From the NCBI GenBank assembly GCA_964252035.1, contig OZ176216.1: a DNA stretch of 64,000 nucleotides; one strand, written 5' to 3'. The notes under the pieces were generated by a model. The model had not been told where the DNA came from, did not search any database, and worked only from the letters and a program-made list of their open reading frames with translations. Shown here piece by piece: positions 24,704 through 38,469 of the stretch (position 1 is its first letter; each line of letters starts with the position of its first letter). The position numbers and the translations under genes are program-made. The stretch comes from Podarcis erhardii. Its lineage: Eukaryota.

Positions 24704-25080
24704 CTATTGGGTACTGTCACAAGAATATCACTGAATTAGAGGCGCTGGGGGTTGGCAGTAGGCCCTTTACTGGGACATGGGCCAGTGCCCAACAATGCTG
24801 CCCATTTGGTGTTGGCCTGGCTGATAAGCGAATGTAGTTTTGCAGACACATGATGCAACTTGCTATTTATTTTTTCATATCCACTATGAATATGAAAATA
24901 GTTGTGCATGATAATCAGAGGTTTTTAAGTGGCCATTAAACATTAGTAACCTGTTTCCATTTCTGCATTTAGCAATTCAAGTGATGTGGACACATACCCA
25001 TGATTAATGAATGCTGTGAGCGGGAGGCATTGTTTTTGTTTGTTACTATATGTGCATTTTTTTATATATATATTGTAAGA

Positions 25081-25386
25081 CATGGGTAGGCAAACTAAGG
25101 CCCGGTGGCCGGATCTGGTCCAATCGCCTTCTAAATCCAACCCACAGACGATCCGGGAATCAGCATGTTTTTACATGAATAGAATGTGTCCTTTTATTTA
25201 AAATGCACCTCTGGATTTATTTATGGGGCCTGCCTGGTGTTTTTACATGAGTAGAATGCGTCCTTTTATTTAAAATGCATCTCTGGGTTATTTGTGGGGC
25301 ATAGGAATTCGTTCATTTTTTTCCTTCAAAATATAGTCTGAGGGACAGTGGACTGGTCCCCTGCTGGAAAAGTTTGCTGACCCCTC
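25081..25386. mobile_element. hAT (Charlie-like) MITE with internal 70-bp duplication
   Basis: TIR catgggtaggcaaact / agtttgctgacccctc. 8-bp TSD ttgtaaga on both sides. Internal repeat at 25166-25229 and 25238-25300. Confidence 0.85.
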
Positions 25387-25814
25387 TTGTAAGATAATCT
25401 GATCCTCAGATGAAGTGTGGTATAGAAATGTTGTTGTTGTTGTTGTTGTATCATGATAAGTTCCTTTATATCTGCTCATTTTGCACCAGTGGGATGATAA
25501 TGAGCCAGACAAGGTTACAATGTACCAAGACAACCCCAATTGAAGGGTCACAGAACAGATTCAGAGCTCCAGTACATGTTTGATAAGACTGTGAGTCATT
25601 AAGATATGAAGGCATATGCGCTGCACTCCTTTCTTATGGTTGAATTACCTGGTGAATTTTGCACTGATGGTGACAATTCCCCATTCTAAGGGTGGTGGAC
25701 ATATTTGGATGGCTTGCCTAGGAAAACTGGTGGAAACTGATGTGTTCCTGTACGCTCTGGATGATTCTCCAGCAGACAAAGATGACAATTCTGTCAAAAC
25801 CCTGGCCCCACTAT

Positions 25815-26200
25815 GGAATAGCAAGATGATCCTTGATGGATCAGACAAAAGGTCTGTCTAGTACATTGTCCTATTTTCCTCCTGGCTATTGGATGCTTTT
25901 GAGATGCCTGCAAGCAGGACCCAAGTGCAACAGCACACTTCCCAGATGTGATTTCCAGTAACTGGTACTCAGAGGCATTCTGCCTCCAACAATATAGGGA
26001 GAGCATTGTCTTATTTTCCATGAATTTGTCTAATCCTCTTTTAAAGCTGTCAAAGCTGGTGACCACCACTACATTCTGTGACAGTGAATTCCATAGCATA
26101 ACTATGTGCTGTGTGAAGAAGTACTGTCTGTGGTCTGTCCTGAAACTTCAAACATTCAGCTTCGGTGTATTGCCCTAAGTTCTAGCATTAAACACATTTA
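25815..26200. mobile_element. CR1-type 3' remnant
   Basis: gaatttgtctaatcctcttttaaag...gaattccatagcataactatgtgctgtgtgaagaagtac, homologous to 8900-9140. Confidence 0.6.
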
Positions 26201-26839
26201 CCATGTTCCCCATTACTCATCTGTTTTTGAAACAAGGCCCAAATTCTGTAACCTTTCCTCCTGGGTATATCTGGCGAGAAAGAAAAAAAGAATTTTTCTT
26301 TTGGTTCTTAATAACCCAGTCATTAATATATCTACAGCCCAATCAGCCTGAACCAAAACTTATTTATTTAGAAGTGAATTCCACTGTGTCCAGTTAGATT
26401 TATTAAGTGTCCTCAGGCTCTGATCTGTAAGTAATTTAGATACCTTCCTCAAGAGTAGCCGCATTGACTTACACTTTGGTCTTATTCTTGGCCATCAACA
26501 TTTAAACCAAAAGAGAGCCTCTGTTGAATTTACTGTCAGTTATATTTAGGGTACTTTTACACAGCCAAACTTCAGTAATGTTGCCATCGTTAACAATGGA
26601 CAAGTTGTGTCAGCTTCCAGACAGGTTGTCCTGAGGCAGGATATATGCAGACTGCTGGCTGTAAAGAGAGGAAGATGTAGAATATATTACATCCTCTCTC
26701 TGCTCCTTTCCCGACCATCTCTGCTGCCCCCTTTTCTGGCTACACCTTATACAAGAACAAGCTTTTAATTTGTTTGCTGTGCAACTGAAAGTCTGGACCC
26801 ATGATAAACAAGGTTAACCAAGACCTTAGGCAAACTCGT

Positions 26840-28110
26840 CTCCTGCTAGCCCCTTACATTTTTCCTTTTTGCAATTCGTTTTGTTAGTTTTGGTCGAGTT
26901 CTCTGATCTGTTAAGGTCATCTTGAATCCCAATTCTGACTTCTGTGGCATTGACTCCTCCTCCCAGTTGGGTGTCATCTGCATATTTGATGAGCATCCAC
27001 TCAGTACATTCATCCAGGTGGTTTATAAAGATGTTGAACAACAATGGGGCCAGGACAGAACACTGCGGCATCCCACTTGTTATCCCCCCCCCCCCCCAGA
27101 AGATGAGAAATTGTTAGCATGCACTCTTTGGGGTTGGTCAGTGAACCAACTACAAATCCACATAACAGTTACTTTGTCCAGATCACATTTTACCAGCTTC
27201 TCCACAAAAATAGCATGGAGATCTTTGTCAAAAGCCTTACTGAAATCAACATACGTCGCTGTATGTCCACATCATTCTCTTCATCCACCAAGCTTGTAAC
27301 TCAATCCAAAAAAGAAATGTTCATCTGGCATGACTAGGGTTTTTGGGTTTTTTAGTAACTACTGTTGAGTCTTAAGTAATCACAGCATCCTTTTCTAAGT
27401 GTTCACAGACCAATTGTTTAATTATCTGTTCTAGGACCTTTCCTGGTATTGACGTCAAGCTGACTGGTAGGTCTTTTTCCCCCTTTTCTGAAGATGGGAA
27501 TATTTGCCCGTCTCCAATCCACAGGGTCCTCATCTGTTCTCCAAAAATTCCCAAAGATTATAGACAGAGACTCTGAGATTACATCCACAGGCTCCCATGG
27601 GTGCAGCTCATCAGGCTCTGGAGATTTGAATTGGTTTAACATTGCTAGTTGTTCCCTTATCACCTCTTTTCCTATTTTGGGCTGCAGCTTCCTCTTTGCA
27701 TCATTTATTCCATTATCACCAGGTTGGGCACTGCTTTCCTTTTAAGTGAAGACAGAGGCAAAGTAGGTCTTCAGTAGTTCTGCCTTCTCTCTATCACCCA
27801 ATAGCATTGCTCCATCATCTCCATGCAAAGGACATACACAAACACAGACAAAGGAATATATATATAAAACCTCTCTTGCAAGCCTGAGCTTATTCTGAGC
27901 TTTGGTCCACCTGAACCCACCAGGGTTCAGTAGCCCTGAAACTGTTGGCTACTCATGTATCCTTTCATGATTTCTCTTTTCTTCCATTTCTTATACATGC
28001 CCTTCTTACATCTCAGCTCATCTGTAAGCTCCTTATGCAGCCACACCAGATTCTTTAGATGCTTCCCCCACAAGGTTCTCTGTACTTTCATTTCATCAAT
28101 TGGTTCCTCT
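26840..28110 (-). mobile_element. CR1 LINE RT fragment (frameshifted, old)
   Basis: Minus frames give PQCSVLAPLLFNIFINHLD...KYADDTQLGG, PVSLTSIPGKVLEQIIK and PVDWRRANIPIFRKG, which are CR1 RT motifs. A 130-bp unrelated block lies at about 27832-27960. Confidence 0.9.
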
Positions 28111-29035
28111 CAGTTGGTGAGGTGGGTTGACAGAGGAGTGATGTTGCTGAAGCAACAGTCAACCTTAGAACCTTAGAACCTTACACAGGAGCAGTAGTTC
28201 TGTCTGAATTGCAAGCTCTGCCTTCACTGAAAGTTGCCTCTTCGGTGAAAGTTCCAACACTGCTCCAGAAAATGTTTACTCCAATGGTTGCACTGCAGGT
28301 TCTGGGATGGTGTCATCTGAGTCAGAGGGTCACAATGCATCATTGTTGGGCTGGAGGGGACTGGCAATATGGCCTTATCTTGCAGTTTTACTTCTTGGGC
28401 TGACCCTGCTGATTCCTCTGTCTCATTCCATGATCCAGCCTCAGAATTATGACAGTAAGTGCTGGCTAGGAAGTAACAGGAGGAAAGATAGATATACTCT
28501 GATCAAAGCAAAGGAAGCTTGCCTAAATGATTAGGGTATGAGGAAAAGATTTCAATGCCTAAAACTAATAAGAGCCCACACTGATGGGACAGGCTTTCTT
28601 GACTTTTATCCAGTGTTCTATTTCAGCTAGCACAAGGTCTCTTGCACTAGTAGATGGGTGAGTTTTAATATTGTGAAATAGGAGAAACTTATGCAGGCAT
28701 TGTGCAAGTGGGGACTCATTGTACTTATCAATCAATTCTCCTGTATAACAATGTTCAACAGCTGCAAACCATTTCACCAGTGGTGCAAGTATACTGTTAA
28801 GTGACAATAACCTATTGCTGCATTGCACAGAACCTTTGGAAATTAGCTTCTTGAGACATTGCAGATCATAAGAACATAGGAAAAATCTGCTAGATCAAGT
28901 CAGTAGACCATCTCATGCAGCACCCTGTTCCCACAGGGGCCAGCCAGAGGCCTATGGGAAACCCACAAGCAGTGCATGGGCACGGGAGCCTTCTCCCTTC
29001 CTGCAGATTCCAGCAACTGGTATTCTGAAGCATTA

Positions 29036-29261
29036 CAGTGGTACCTCGGGATAAGAACATAATTTGTTCCAGAGGTCCGTTCATAACCTGAAACTGTTCT
29101 TAACCTGAAGCACCACTTTAGCTAATGGGGCCTCCTGCTGCCACCGCTCCACCGCTGCTCGATTTCTGTTCTCATCCTGAAGCAAAGTTCTTAACCTGAG
29201 GTACTATTTCTGGGTTAGCAGAGCCTGTAACCTAAAGTGTATGTAACCCGAGGTACCACTG
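29036..29261 (+). mobile_element. Tigger-like MITE, inserted in a CR1 remnant (about 28868-29310)
   Basis: TIR cagtggtacctcggg / cccgaggtaccactg, TA flanks. Confidence 0.92.
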
Positions 29262-29477
29262 TACTGTAACCTCTGACCATAGAAGCAGAGCACAGGCCTC
29301 ATAGCTAGTAGCTCTCATTTATAAAGGATATAAATAAAAGAGTTATTGCCATTTATAAACCCATATGGTGTCTTTTCTTCTTATTATTACTGGAGTCTGG
29401 TGCAAATGTATGATCAAGTATGAACATTTTCACACTCTTAATTATACCACCCACTTCATTTTCTAGTGCAGGGAATA

Positions 29478-29852
29478 CAGGGGCTTCTTACCCATAGAGG
29501 CTAGTGGTGTGGGGCGCCAGGGCACCAAGTTCTGGAGGGCGCCATGGAAGAGGTGGAGGTTGGACTTGGCGCCTCCCAGCATTACCTCACCGCCCTCGGC
29601 CGCCTCCGCCATGCAGAGCAGTGCTGGTCCCGGAGCCTCCGGGCAGCCAGCTGAGCCGGGAGGTGCCGCGTCCAGCCTCTGCCTCTTCCTCACCGGAGGA
29701 GCTGCCCTCCAGCCGGAGGAGCTGCCCTCAAGCCACTGCCGGCCTCCTCCAGCCCCGCCAGCAGCACCGTCCTCCCTAAAAAACTCTGGGAAATGGGGGG
29801 GCGCCAGAGGGAGCTTTGCACCATGGCGCCGGATATGCTTAAGACGGCCCTG
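29478..29852. mobile_element. GC-rich hAT-type MITE
   Basis: Right end atgcttaagacggccctg. Degenerate left end caggggcttcttacccat. Repeated gggcgcc subterminal motifs. No TSD seen. Confidence 0.6.
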
Positions 29853-32315
29853 TTTACCTTCATGAGAACAGCTCGAATTATGTGCAAAATAATAATAATA
29901 ATAATCAGGAATTGATCATAATCTATGTGCTAGAGACCACATCTGATCACTGGAAGATGAAAGTCTACATTCATCAGCACTGAATACCAAGCTCGCTAAG
30001 GATTATCATTTAAATTTAACACAACCCTCACTGCTTTATACAGTCCAAAACCATATGCACAAGTTTTCAAAATGTATTTTTCAGCCTTTGATGAAAAGAC
30101 ACTTCAGGTTTGTGGAGGAGAGTCTCCTTGTGCCTAATCCAGAACAAAATTTGGCAAGCCTTTCTGTAAACACCCAAGGTTTGGAGAAGCTGATGAAAGA
30201 GTACTACATATTCAAATCAACACTTATTTAAATCATACTCTCTTCCTGGCTTTCTCTGCATTGCACTCTCTCTCTGCCTCCTCCCCCCCTCCCAATTTTC
30301 CACCCCTTTCAGTGAGGTCACCTTGATTGAATGAAGGACGCGTGGAGTGAGAGAGGTCAGGCATTAGCAGAACTATAACTGCACTGCTACTGAGAGTAGG
30401 AGGGCCATCCATCACTAGCTACACTACTCCATTAGGCCGCACATGAAATATTCCCTGCTCTGAATTGCAGGGTCATACATTTCCCAGTCTAGACACCTTC
30501 CTGTTGTGTGGAGATCAATGCCGCACGGTCATGCATCATGTGTCATCCCATAGCCCTCGCTCTAATAATCGTGTCTATTCTCTAGTCTGCTGTATAAATT
30601 ATGGCACTGGCAAAAGAGCTATATTATCCAGCAACCTTGGTCACTAATGGATTATTGGTTTATTGGCTGATAATGTGAGCTCCCCTTTTTTTTGGCTGAA
30701 ACTCACATTTATTTATTTATCTTTTCTCATTATTGCTCAGTATGAGTGATGGCTGCTGGGTATTCCTCCCTTTCTTCCCTGTCTCTGCTGATGCAAGACA
30801 AATAAACAGCAATAATAAATACTGGAATGCAATAGTGGCAATGCACAGGCTTTTCCAAGGAAATATGTCCTGGAAACCTCCCCCAGCAGAGATGGAGAGT
30901 AGTTTCAGGTCTTTTGCATTCAAAGGCACATAGCAAAAGCAAGCTTTGCAATGCAATGCCCAGTAAACCAGAGTTTACCAGACTGAGCATCTGAGCATCA
31001 CCAGTTTTCCTTTTGTGAAATGGGTATTTTGCCATGTACTGGGAAAACATGTGGCTTGCATTTGGAGTCGTTCCCTCCCCCACTTGGAAAAGTAATTACG
31101 ATAAATTTTGACTGAGTGCTGAATGGAACTATTGATGGACAAAGGAAGCAACTGGCTAAGAGAGGAGGACTGGAAGTAGGAGGGGCTAAGCCCACGGCTT
31201 AAATCTTAAAACAATATTGTTCAACTGGATCTTTAGTTGCACATGAAATTCATAGATGACAAAGTGGAGAGGTTATTTCACAAAATACTCTCCAGGTATT
31301 CTCAGCAACTTTAAGAGAAACTTGAAAAAGAACCCCCCCAAAAAAAAAAAAAATAATCCAAAAAAATTATGGGAAATTTTGGCTCAGCCTTTGGATATTT
31401 GCTATTGCACTGGGGTCCTACATGAGAATCTAGTGCTACAAAATGAATGCAGCAGAGATAGAGAACCTGTAGCTTCCCAGAGGTGTGTTTTTAAAAAATT
31501 ATTTGCTAAACTACAACTCCCAGCATCCCTTACCATTAGCTATGCTGGCCACGGCTGATGGGATATGTTGCCCAGCTTGTGGAGAGCCACAGGTTCCCCA
31601 CCTTGGTATATAGAATGACAAATAATGAGCCAAATAATGACACTACACTACCCAGGAATAAAGCCAATTAATTCAAGGGGACTTACTTCTGAGTAGCCCG
31701 CTATAGGATCGTACTGCTAACTTGGAAAAGTTCCAGCATAAGAGGTGTACATTTTGGAAACATTCTCCATGTAACAGTTATAGCACTGAATAGAAAATGG
31801 CTACATAAAGTACATATAGTACTTGTTTCATAATGTGTGTGAGTGCAGCGCTGTCTCACCCACAAACCAGACTCAGGTAGCTGCTTTGGGCAGTGGAATC
31901 CTAAGGTCTGGAGCCCCATGGGCATTCCACCCATGCCTGCTGCCACCAGAGGAGTGAGGAGAGGTGGAGGCAGTGGCTTCCAGTGAGATCTTGTGAGATT
32001 CACAAAGACTGATTTATCTACTAGCTAAAATGGCTGCATGGAACAAACCCTTGTTATATAGAGATCGTATAGCCTCAACTCCACAGCTGCTGGCGAAGAA
32101 CATCTGCTCACATGCCCTGCATGTGGGTTTCCCAAAAACATCTGATTGGTTACTGTAGGAAACAGGAAGCTGAATTAGATAAACTTTACTCCCATCGTTC
32201 TTGACCATTGCCCATGTTGGCTGGGGGTGAAGGTAGTTGTAGTCTTATCAACATATGGGGGTCCAAAGCTGGGGAATGCTGAATTATTATCTTAATTTAT
32301 TATAATGATTTACTG

Positions 32316-32438
32316 TAAGGTTACCAGACGTCCCCGTTTCCTGGGGACAGTCCCCGGATTTACACATCAATCCCCATACAAAATCCATTGAAGTTGAAAA
32401 GTGTCCCTGGATTCATTGAAAAGAATCTGGTAACCTTA
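32316..32438. mobile_element. Short hAT-type MITE (TAAGGTTACCAGA TIRs)
   Basis: Perfect 13-bp TIRs. A one-ended relative lies at about 17736-17765. TSD not evident. Confidence 0.75.
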
Positions 32439-32446
32439 CTGTAAAG

Positions 32447-32773
32447 CAGGGGTCAGCAACCTAAGGCCCATGGGCCACAAGTGGCCCATGGGGATCGTTT
32501 AACCAGCCCATGGACCCCCGCTGCCCACTTAGGGACCTCCACCACCCACTCAGTTGGCTCCCATACACCACGCTAAATTGACCCAGACCACCTTCCGCGA
32601 CACTGGAAGCTCCTGCAGCCAATGAAAAGCTGTGCAAGCCTCCTTCACGCTGGAAGGAGCACCGGAAATAGCATTTGTGCATGTGTGTGTGTGTGCATGC
32701 GCACACTCCGGCCCACCGCAGTGTCTTTGGGACCGTGAACCGGCCCAAGCCACAAAAACCTTGCTGACCCCTG
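32447..32773. mobile_element. hAT (Charlie-like) MITE
   Basis: TIR caggggtcagcaa / ttgctgacccctg. Perfect 8-bp TSD ctgtaaag. Confidence 0.92.
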
Positions 32774-33289
32774 CTGTAAAGTGTCTTGAACCAACTACTG
32801 GAAAGGAGGGGTAAAGATACATTTTAAGAAAAAACACCATATTTAAATAAAACAATTTTATTGAGCTGCAATTGAGACTTTCAAACATTCCATACATTGC
32901 TTCATGTCTTTCCAGTTCAACATTCTTCTCGATGTGTTCATAAGAAGTGCATGTATCATTATCATATGTATGATGGCACTGCATGTGCAATGCTAATGCC
33001 TGCCTAAGAAGAGGGAACTGGCAGGAAATGAAAAATCCCCAGCTTCCTTCTTGCAGCAGGACCAGAAATTGCTTTCTTCTGAAATTACTTCTTGCTACAG
33101 TGATATAGCGTTTGCAGTGCATGTTGGGATATGCAATCCATCTTCCGACATACAAAGTCAGCGAGGGCGGGGTGCTGAATCTGGGGAACGAGGGAGAAAG
33201 AGAGAGAGGGAGAATGAAAACCACAATTCCTACACACATTTCAGCATTGGTTTTGATCCATGGCCAAGGTCCTCCACCTGCAGAAATCT

Positions 33290-33950
33290 TCAACTATCAC
33301 ATTTCCACTGCTCTGGCCGATAACGAAGATAATTGTTTCATCCACTTTGTCAAGCTGAAATGAAAAGAGGGCAAAAGCAAAATGATGCCGCCATAAATCA
33401 CAGCCCTGAGACAGCGCAAAGGGGGGGAAAGGACAAGATAGTGACTTCATTAAGGGTTATGTATTGTGTCATTAAGTTGGCAGGGGTCACCTTTCATGTC
33501 ACGCTGGCATCCCATGATGCATTGCCAGCTCCTCTTTCCAATAAAATTAAACGTAGATGTAAAACTGATTAGGCCGTGTTTGCTTCAGCCCAAGGCAAGG
33601 AAACGGCTCGGGGAATAATTGATACAAGATCACGACTGATTCGTAATGGCAGCCATTTCTCATCCTGGTCATTTCATTGCTGACCTTGCCCATTAAAATA
33701 AGCCCAGCTGCCTTGAAAAGAGGCACTTTATTTGCGCCCCCTTCCCCCTCGACCTTCCTTGCCAGGAATTCATTTTCACATACTCCTCTCCTTGGAATTT
33801 TTCATTCAAAATTATTGCCAGTGAAATATGAATGCTAGCAGCTGAGTGGCTACCCTGCCGTTGGTTATGACAAAGTGCCCAAGAGCTACCCTTCCTGCAT
33901 CTCCTTGATGTCACAGCTGACACCAGCCTCATGTTTCAATGAGATTGCTG
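33290..33950. promoter_or_regulatory. Candidate conserved non-coding element
   Basis: TE-free with retained CpGs. ccataaatca at 33391-33400 equals TGATTTATGG (PBX-HOX consensus), plus several TAAT cores. Confidence 0.4.
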
Positions 33951-36900
33951 CTGGTGTCCAACCTTACTGCTGGCGTACTTGCATCCACTCACCACTCCCT
34001 TGCCAGCAGAATAGAAATCTAGTTCCACCATTGTGCAGGCTGGCTCAATAAAATATGGGAGTGTTGGAGGCCAAATCATGGTTTGGAAGCCACACGTGGT
34101 TCTTAGGGTGGCCATTTAAGCATCAACCAGAGAGAGAAAGAGAGAGAGAATGCAACACCAAAAATGAAGGCATGTATTTGCATATCCTAATTTCTGTTCA
34201 TAGATGAAAATGGATACTCTAACTTGCATAGAAATACATTACACCACCAGTTTCTCATGGGACACTGTGGAATGATACTTAAAAAACCCCAATAACAACA
34301 CCTATTCTCATTGTACGGCACCACTTTAAGTCTTGGATTTTAGTGGGCAACTTCAAAGCCTCTTCTGCTCTCTTCCCTTCTTACGGTTCTATATCTTTAA
34401 ACTGAACTGGGTCAGTCAGCCTTTTATTTAGAGGACAGTTCTCCATGAAGCAAGACACATGACTTCCCTAGTGGTTCTTGAGTTCTTTGAACGGCTGCTG
34501 AGAAATTTAAGACACAGGAACCCCTCCAGCCACTTATTGTATTTTCTCTCATCTCTCTGTTTGCCTGCTGGATCCATTTTCCTGCCCTGTGAGCCACAGA
34601 GAAACTTCTCACCCTCTGCTGATGGACAAATGGCACTCAGAGTTATCAGCATTGGCTAGAGAAAGATAGAAAGGACCATCATTCTCTACACTTCCTCCTT
34701 CAATATGCTACTGCATTCTTTGAATGTGTCAGGGATGCACTGTAAGCAATTCAATGAGGGAGCCAGGAACTAAGAATTATGCCAGGGTGTTGGAGCCAAA
34801 AAACAACAACACAGAGATTTTTTTTTATTGAATTTGTTAGTCACTTTATACTGTATTGCCCAGGAAAACCCAAAGTGACCTGCAACCAAACAGAGAAAAG
34901 CCAGACAAAAAACCCCCCAAATGTAGTATGGGGGTTCTTCTGGAGCCAACTCTGCCCCTGGTAGTCCAAATGGAGTCTGTGGCAATGATTCCCCACTATC
35001 TGCTATGGCTGATTCAACAGCTACAGTCATTCCTGGACAGAGATAGCCTTGACACAGGGATCCATGTTCTGGTAACCTCCCAATTGGATGTGAAGTTCTG
35101 AAGCAGCAGCTATTGGGGTGTTCAAATGAATATACACAGGCTATTGGACTACTTGAGACCCAGAGCACATAGATAAACCCTGAAGAGTTCTGACTCTGGT
35201 AACTCACGGGGGCTTTTTGTGTGTGTTTTTTTGTTTTTAAAAATGCAAGTTATTATCCAAAGACCTAAATGGAAAAAATGACTTAACATGGATAAATATC
35301 AGAAAATAGGGTTCATCCCTGGTAGATAGGAATAGCTGCAACATAAAAAATGCTAGACATCCCAATACAAATACTAAATACACCAAATCCAGTGCTGTCA
35401 CAAAATGAAACTTGCTATGTAGCGGTGTAGGCCGGAATGGAATGGAATATAATGGAATTGTAGGTGGGAATGGAAACAATTATATTGCAATAGCTTAGTT
35501 GATTTTTAATAACTTTTAATACAACTACTTCTATTTTTATTATGATACAGCTTCATTTTTATTGTGATGGAGAGCAATAATGAAATCAAGAGCTATACAA
35601 AGTGCTGGTATTTGGACCAGAAGAATAGGGTTAATGTTTAGTCCCGTTTTGCATTATGTTAAGCCTCTTGGACCAGTGCCCCTCTGAGAACCTGGGAGAT
35701 TTAGACATGCAGCTCCTCTGTGCTTAGATAACAAGGTGGCCATAAATGTGTCCTCTCAGAAACTTATCTATAGCCCCTCAAATGAGATTTCGTTCTCATA
35801 CAAAGAGCGAGCTTGGCCTCATAACTCAATTTATTTAGTTCCTGACTGCCCTTTCTTCCTTACTGCAGTGTCCATCCCATAATAGAGAGCACACGATGGC
35901 ATGCCACATATCAAAGCAGGCCTCCCCGGTGCTTTATATATCATTGTGCCAGAATAACCTCTTCAGATTTATGCTCCTTATGTTTACCACACTTTTTTCC
36001 CCTCTCAAGGAAGGTTAGAGAATGTGAGTTGAAGGCAGGTAGAAAGAAAGTGGAAGGAAAGTCATCAGAATTTTTAAAGTTCTTTCTCTACTTTTCCTGA
36101 GGCTGTGATCTTCCTGTAACAGCATGTTGTGGAGGCATAATTCCATCCCGACCTAGAAGTCTTTATAGTAGGTACTGTATGTGCACTGGCTCTGGCTGAA
36201 TCCCAGATCCCAAACCAAGTTGAGGTGATTCAGTTGGAGTGTTGAAGTAACCCAGATTATTTCAGGTCAGAATAGGTCCTCCTGGAGTGATCTGGGGCTG
36301 TCAAAAGGAAGATGGTCAGGTGGCAAGGAGAGAGGGGAAAAGGATATGCAGGCAGGCAGACTTCATTCATCTCCTCCCCCCCCCTTCCTGACCGCATGTT
36401 TAAACCCCAATTGAGGGTTGTGCAAGGCCCTTGACCCTGTCAGCACCTGGATCTGGGTCTCGTCAGCCCCAGAACATCAAGATCATATCATAGCTGTCCA
36501 AAGTGCTGAATCAGATTGTGTGTGTGTGTACTTTAAAGTCCTTCCAGATCAGCAGCAGTCCATGGCTGACCTGGTTGGGGGAGTCATGAAGAGCCTAGCA
36601 ACATTTACAGATCAGGAGGAGTCAATGGCTGCCCTGGATCATCACTGAATCATCAATAGCAGTCAGTAGTAGTCAATGACTACCATAGATGTGGAAGCCA
36701 TCAAGATCTTAGCAACACTCCCTTGCCATTCAAGCAGCAGCATAGTCATCCATGCATTCCCATTTCTAGAAATAAAAACAGTGTTGTGGGAACCATATGT
36801 TTCACTAGGTTTCCTCTTTACTCTGAAGCCTGACTCTCCACACTCAGTGGTCTTTATAACTAGCCCATAACTAGAATGACTGAAGCAACAATATATCTTT

Positions 36901-37589
36901 TTGTATAGCTCTGAAAGGCAAAGTCACTAATTATGATCCTTATCCAGTGTGCAACCATGAAAGAGATGGGATGTCAGGAACTGCTGAGCACTGTTCCTTA
37001 TGGTAAGCTAAGTCAGTGCAGCTTCTTAGTGAAGAACCTTCCACTGTGACTCCACCCAGGACCTATTGGCTATGCCTGTGCACAAAGGAGTGTAAGGGGA
37101 CTTCCTGTCTCACTAGGACCTTGCTTGAGCTTCAGTATGTCTTGCATTTCTATTCTTACTATTCAGTTCTGCCTTCTGATGCTGATGGCTTTGACTCCTG
37201 ACTTGCTTTTTAGTCCTGACTTCTCCCCCCATCCCTAATTGCTCTTCAACCCTGCCTCTTAGTTCTAGGTTCTTGATTTGTTTCAGGCTGCTGTCCATAA
37301 CCCATGCCTGGTATGTAACCAGTAATTTAAACCCATTTCTGTATCTCAGCTGGAATAGAAATAGCTCACCAGGTGGGGTGGAGTTGCTGTGATAGCTTCC
37401 AAGCATATGGGTCACTTTGGCTTACTGGAAAGGAGAGGGAGAGGGTTGAAGTGGTGTGGAGGTCAGCATGGTGCAAACACATTGGTCGGATTACTGGATT
37501 GGCTCTATCAGTGTGTTTCCACTGCGCTGACCTCCGTTTCATCTTGCCCTACTAAAAAAACAGCAACCAACATGAAGGAAGAGCTAGCA

Positions 37590-38260
37590 TAGCAGCTCTA
37601 CCTCACCTGGTCAGCCGCTTCAGAGTTTGAGAGGTACCAATTTTTAATGTAGATGGTGGGAGAAAGCTGGAACCCTATATGGAGAATGGGGAAAAAAGAT
37701 ACCCTCTTCTTTTCACACAGTAGCAAATGTGATGGCAAATAGAAGTCTGGGGCTTTCCTGCCATAAACAATAAATAGAAATATCAACCTTTCCCCCCCCC
37801 CCATCTGGCACAGATGGCCACAACGTTTATTTGACATTTTTCTCCCATGTATATATTTCATAACCGAATTCAGTCATTTGTGAACAATGTGGTAATAAAA
37901 GTGAATAATAATGATTGGAAGCATCTTAGTGTTATTTTAATGGGTCCCAGTGATTCTCATGGACCAACCCATTTCACTTCAAATACCCCAAGCCAGCTGC
38001 TCTAAAGGTGTAAATGTTGTTGACGTTGATGGGCAATTGAGGCCATTATTCTGTGGTAATGATTGCAAATGGTAAATGAACAATGCTGAAACCTGAAAGT
38101 GTTTCAGTAAGGGAGGTTTAAAAATGCTATATTATATTTAACGCCAAGAAATATAATGGGATACAACAAACAATACAGATGTTAATCAATTTCCATCAAA
38201 CTTTTACATTTGAACAGCTGTGTGCATTTGAACGCCATTGTCAACCACCAGTAGTAAAGC
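37590..38260. promoter_or_regulatory. Candidate conserved non-coding element
   Basis: TE-free. ccataaa at 37761, forkhead-like taaacaataaata, CAGATG/CAGCTG E-boxes and homeodomain cores. Confidence 0.3.
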
Positions 38261-38469
38261 TTAAGAAATCAGATTTGTGCAAATCTCAATATAAAATGAC
38301 TTTATTCTCTCCTTATTCTCATATACACATTTTCTCATGCATTTCCCCATGAAATAGTTATTGAATCACATTTATTGCATTTATGTACAAAACCCCCCAC
38401 ATTTTGTACACAATATGCTTCTTTTTATGTGCCTTTTCGTATACAGAAAATGGATTGCAAAATCTGAAT

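Noticed and set aside
29463-29887. GC-rich overlapping ORFs or CpG-island promoter
   Set aside because: They lie within a MITE-like element, and high GC removes stop codons.
32550-33293. Longest ORF in the track (247 aa, minus)
   Set aside because: It runs across the boundary of a hAT MITE and through simple repeats, starts at a non-ATG codon and has no motif. It is a chance ORF.
36418-36870. Two same-frame ORFs suggesting a pseudogene
   Set aside because: Three stops separate them, the pieces are short, and no family motif is present.
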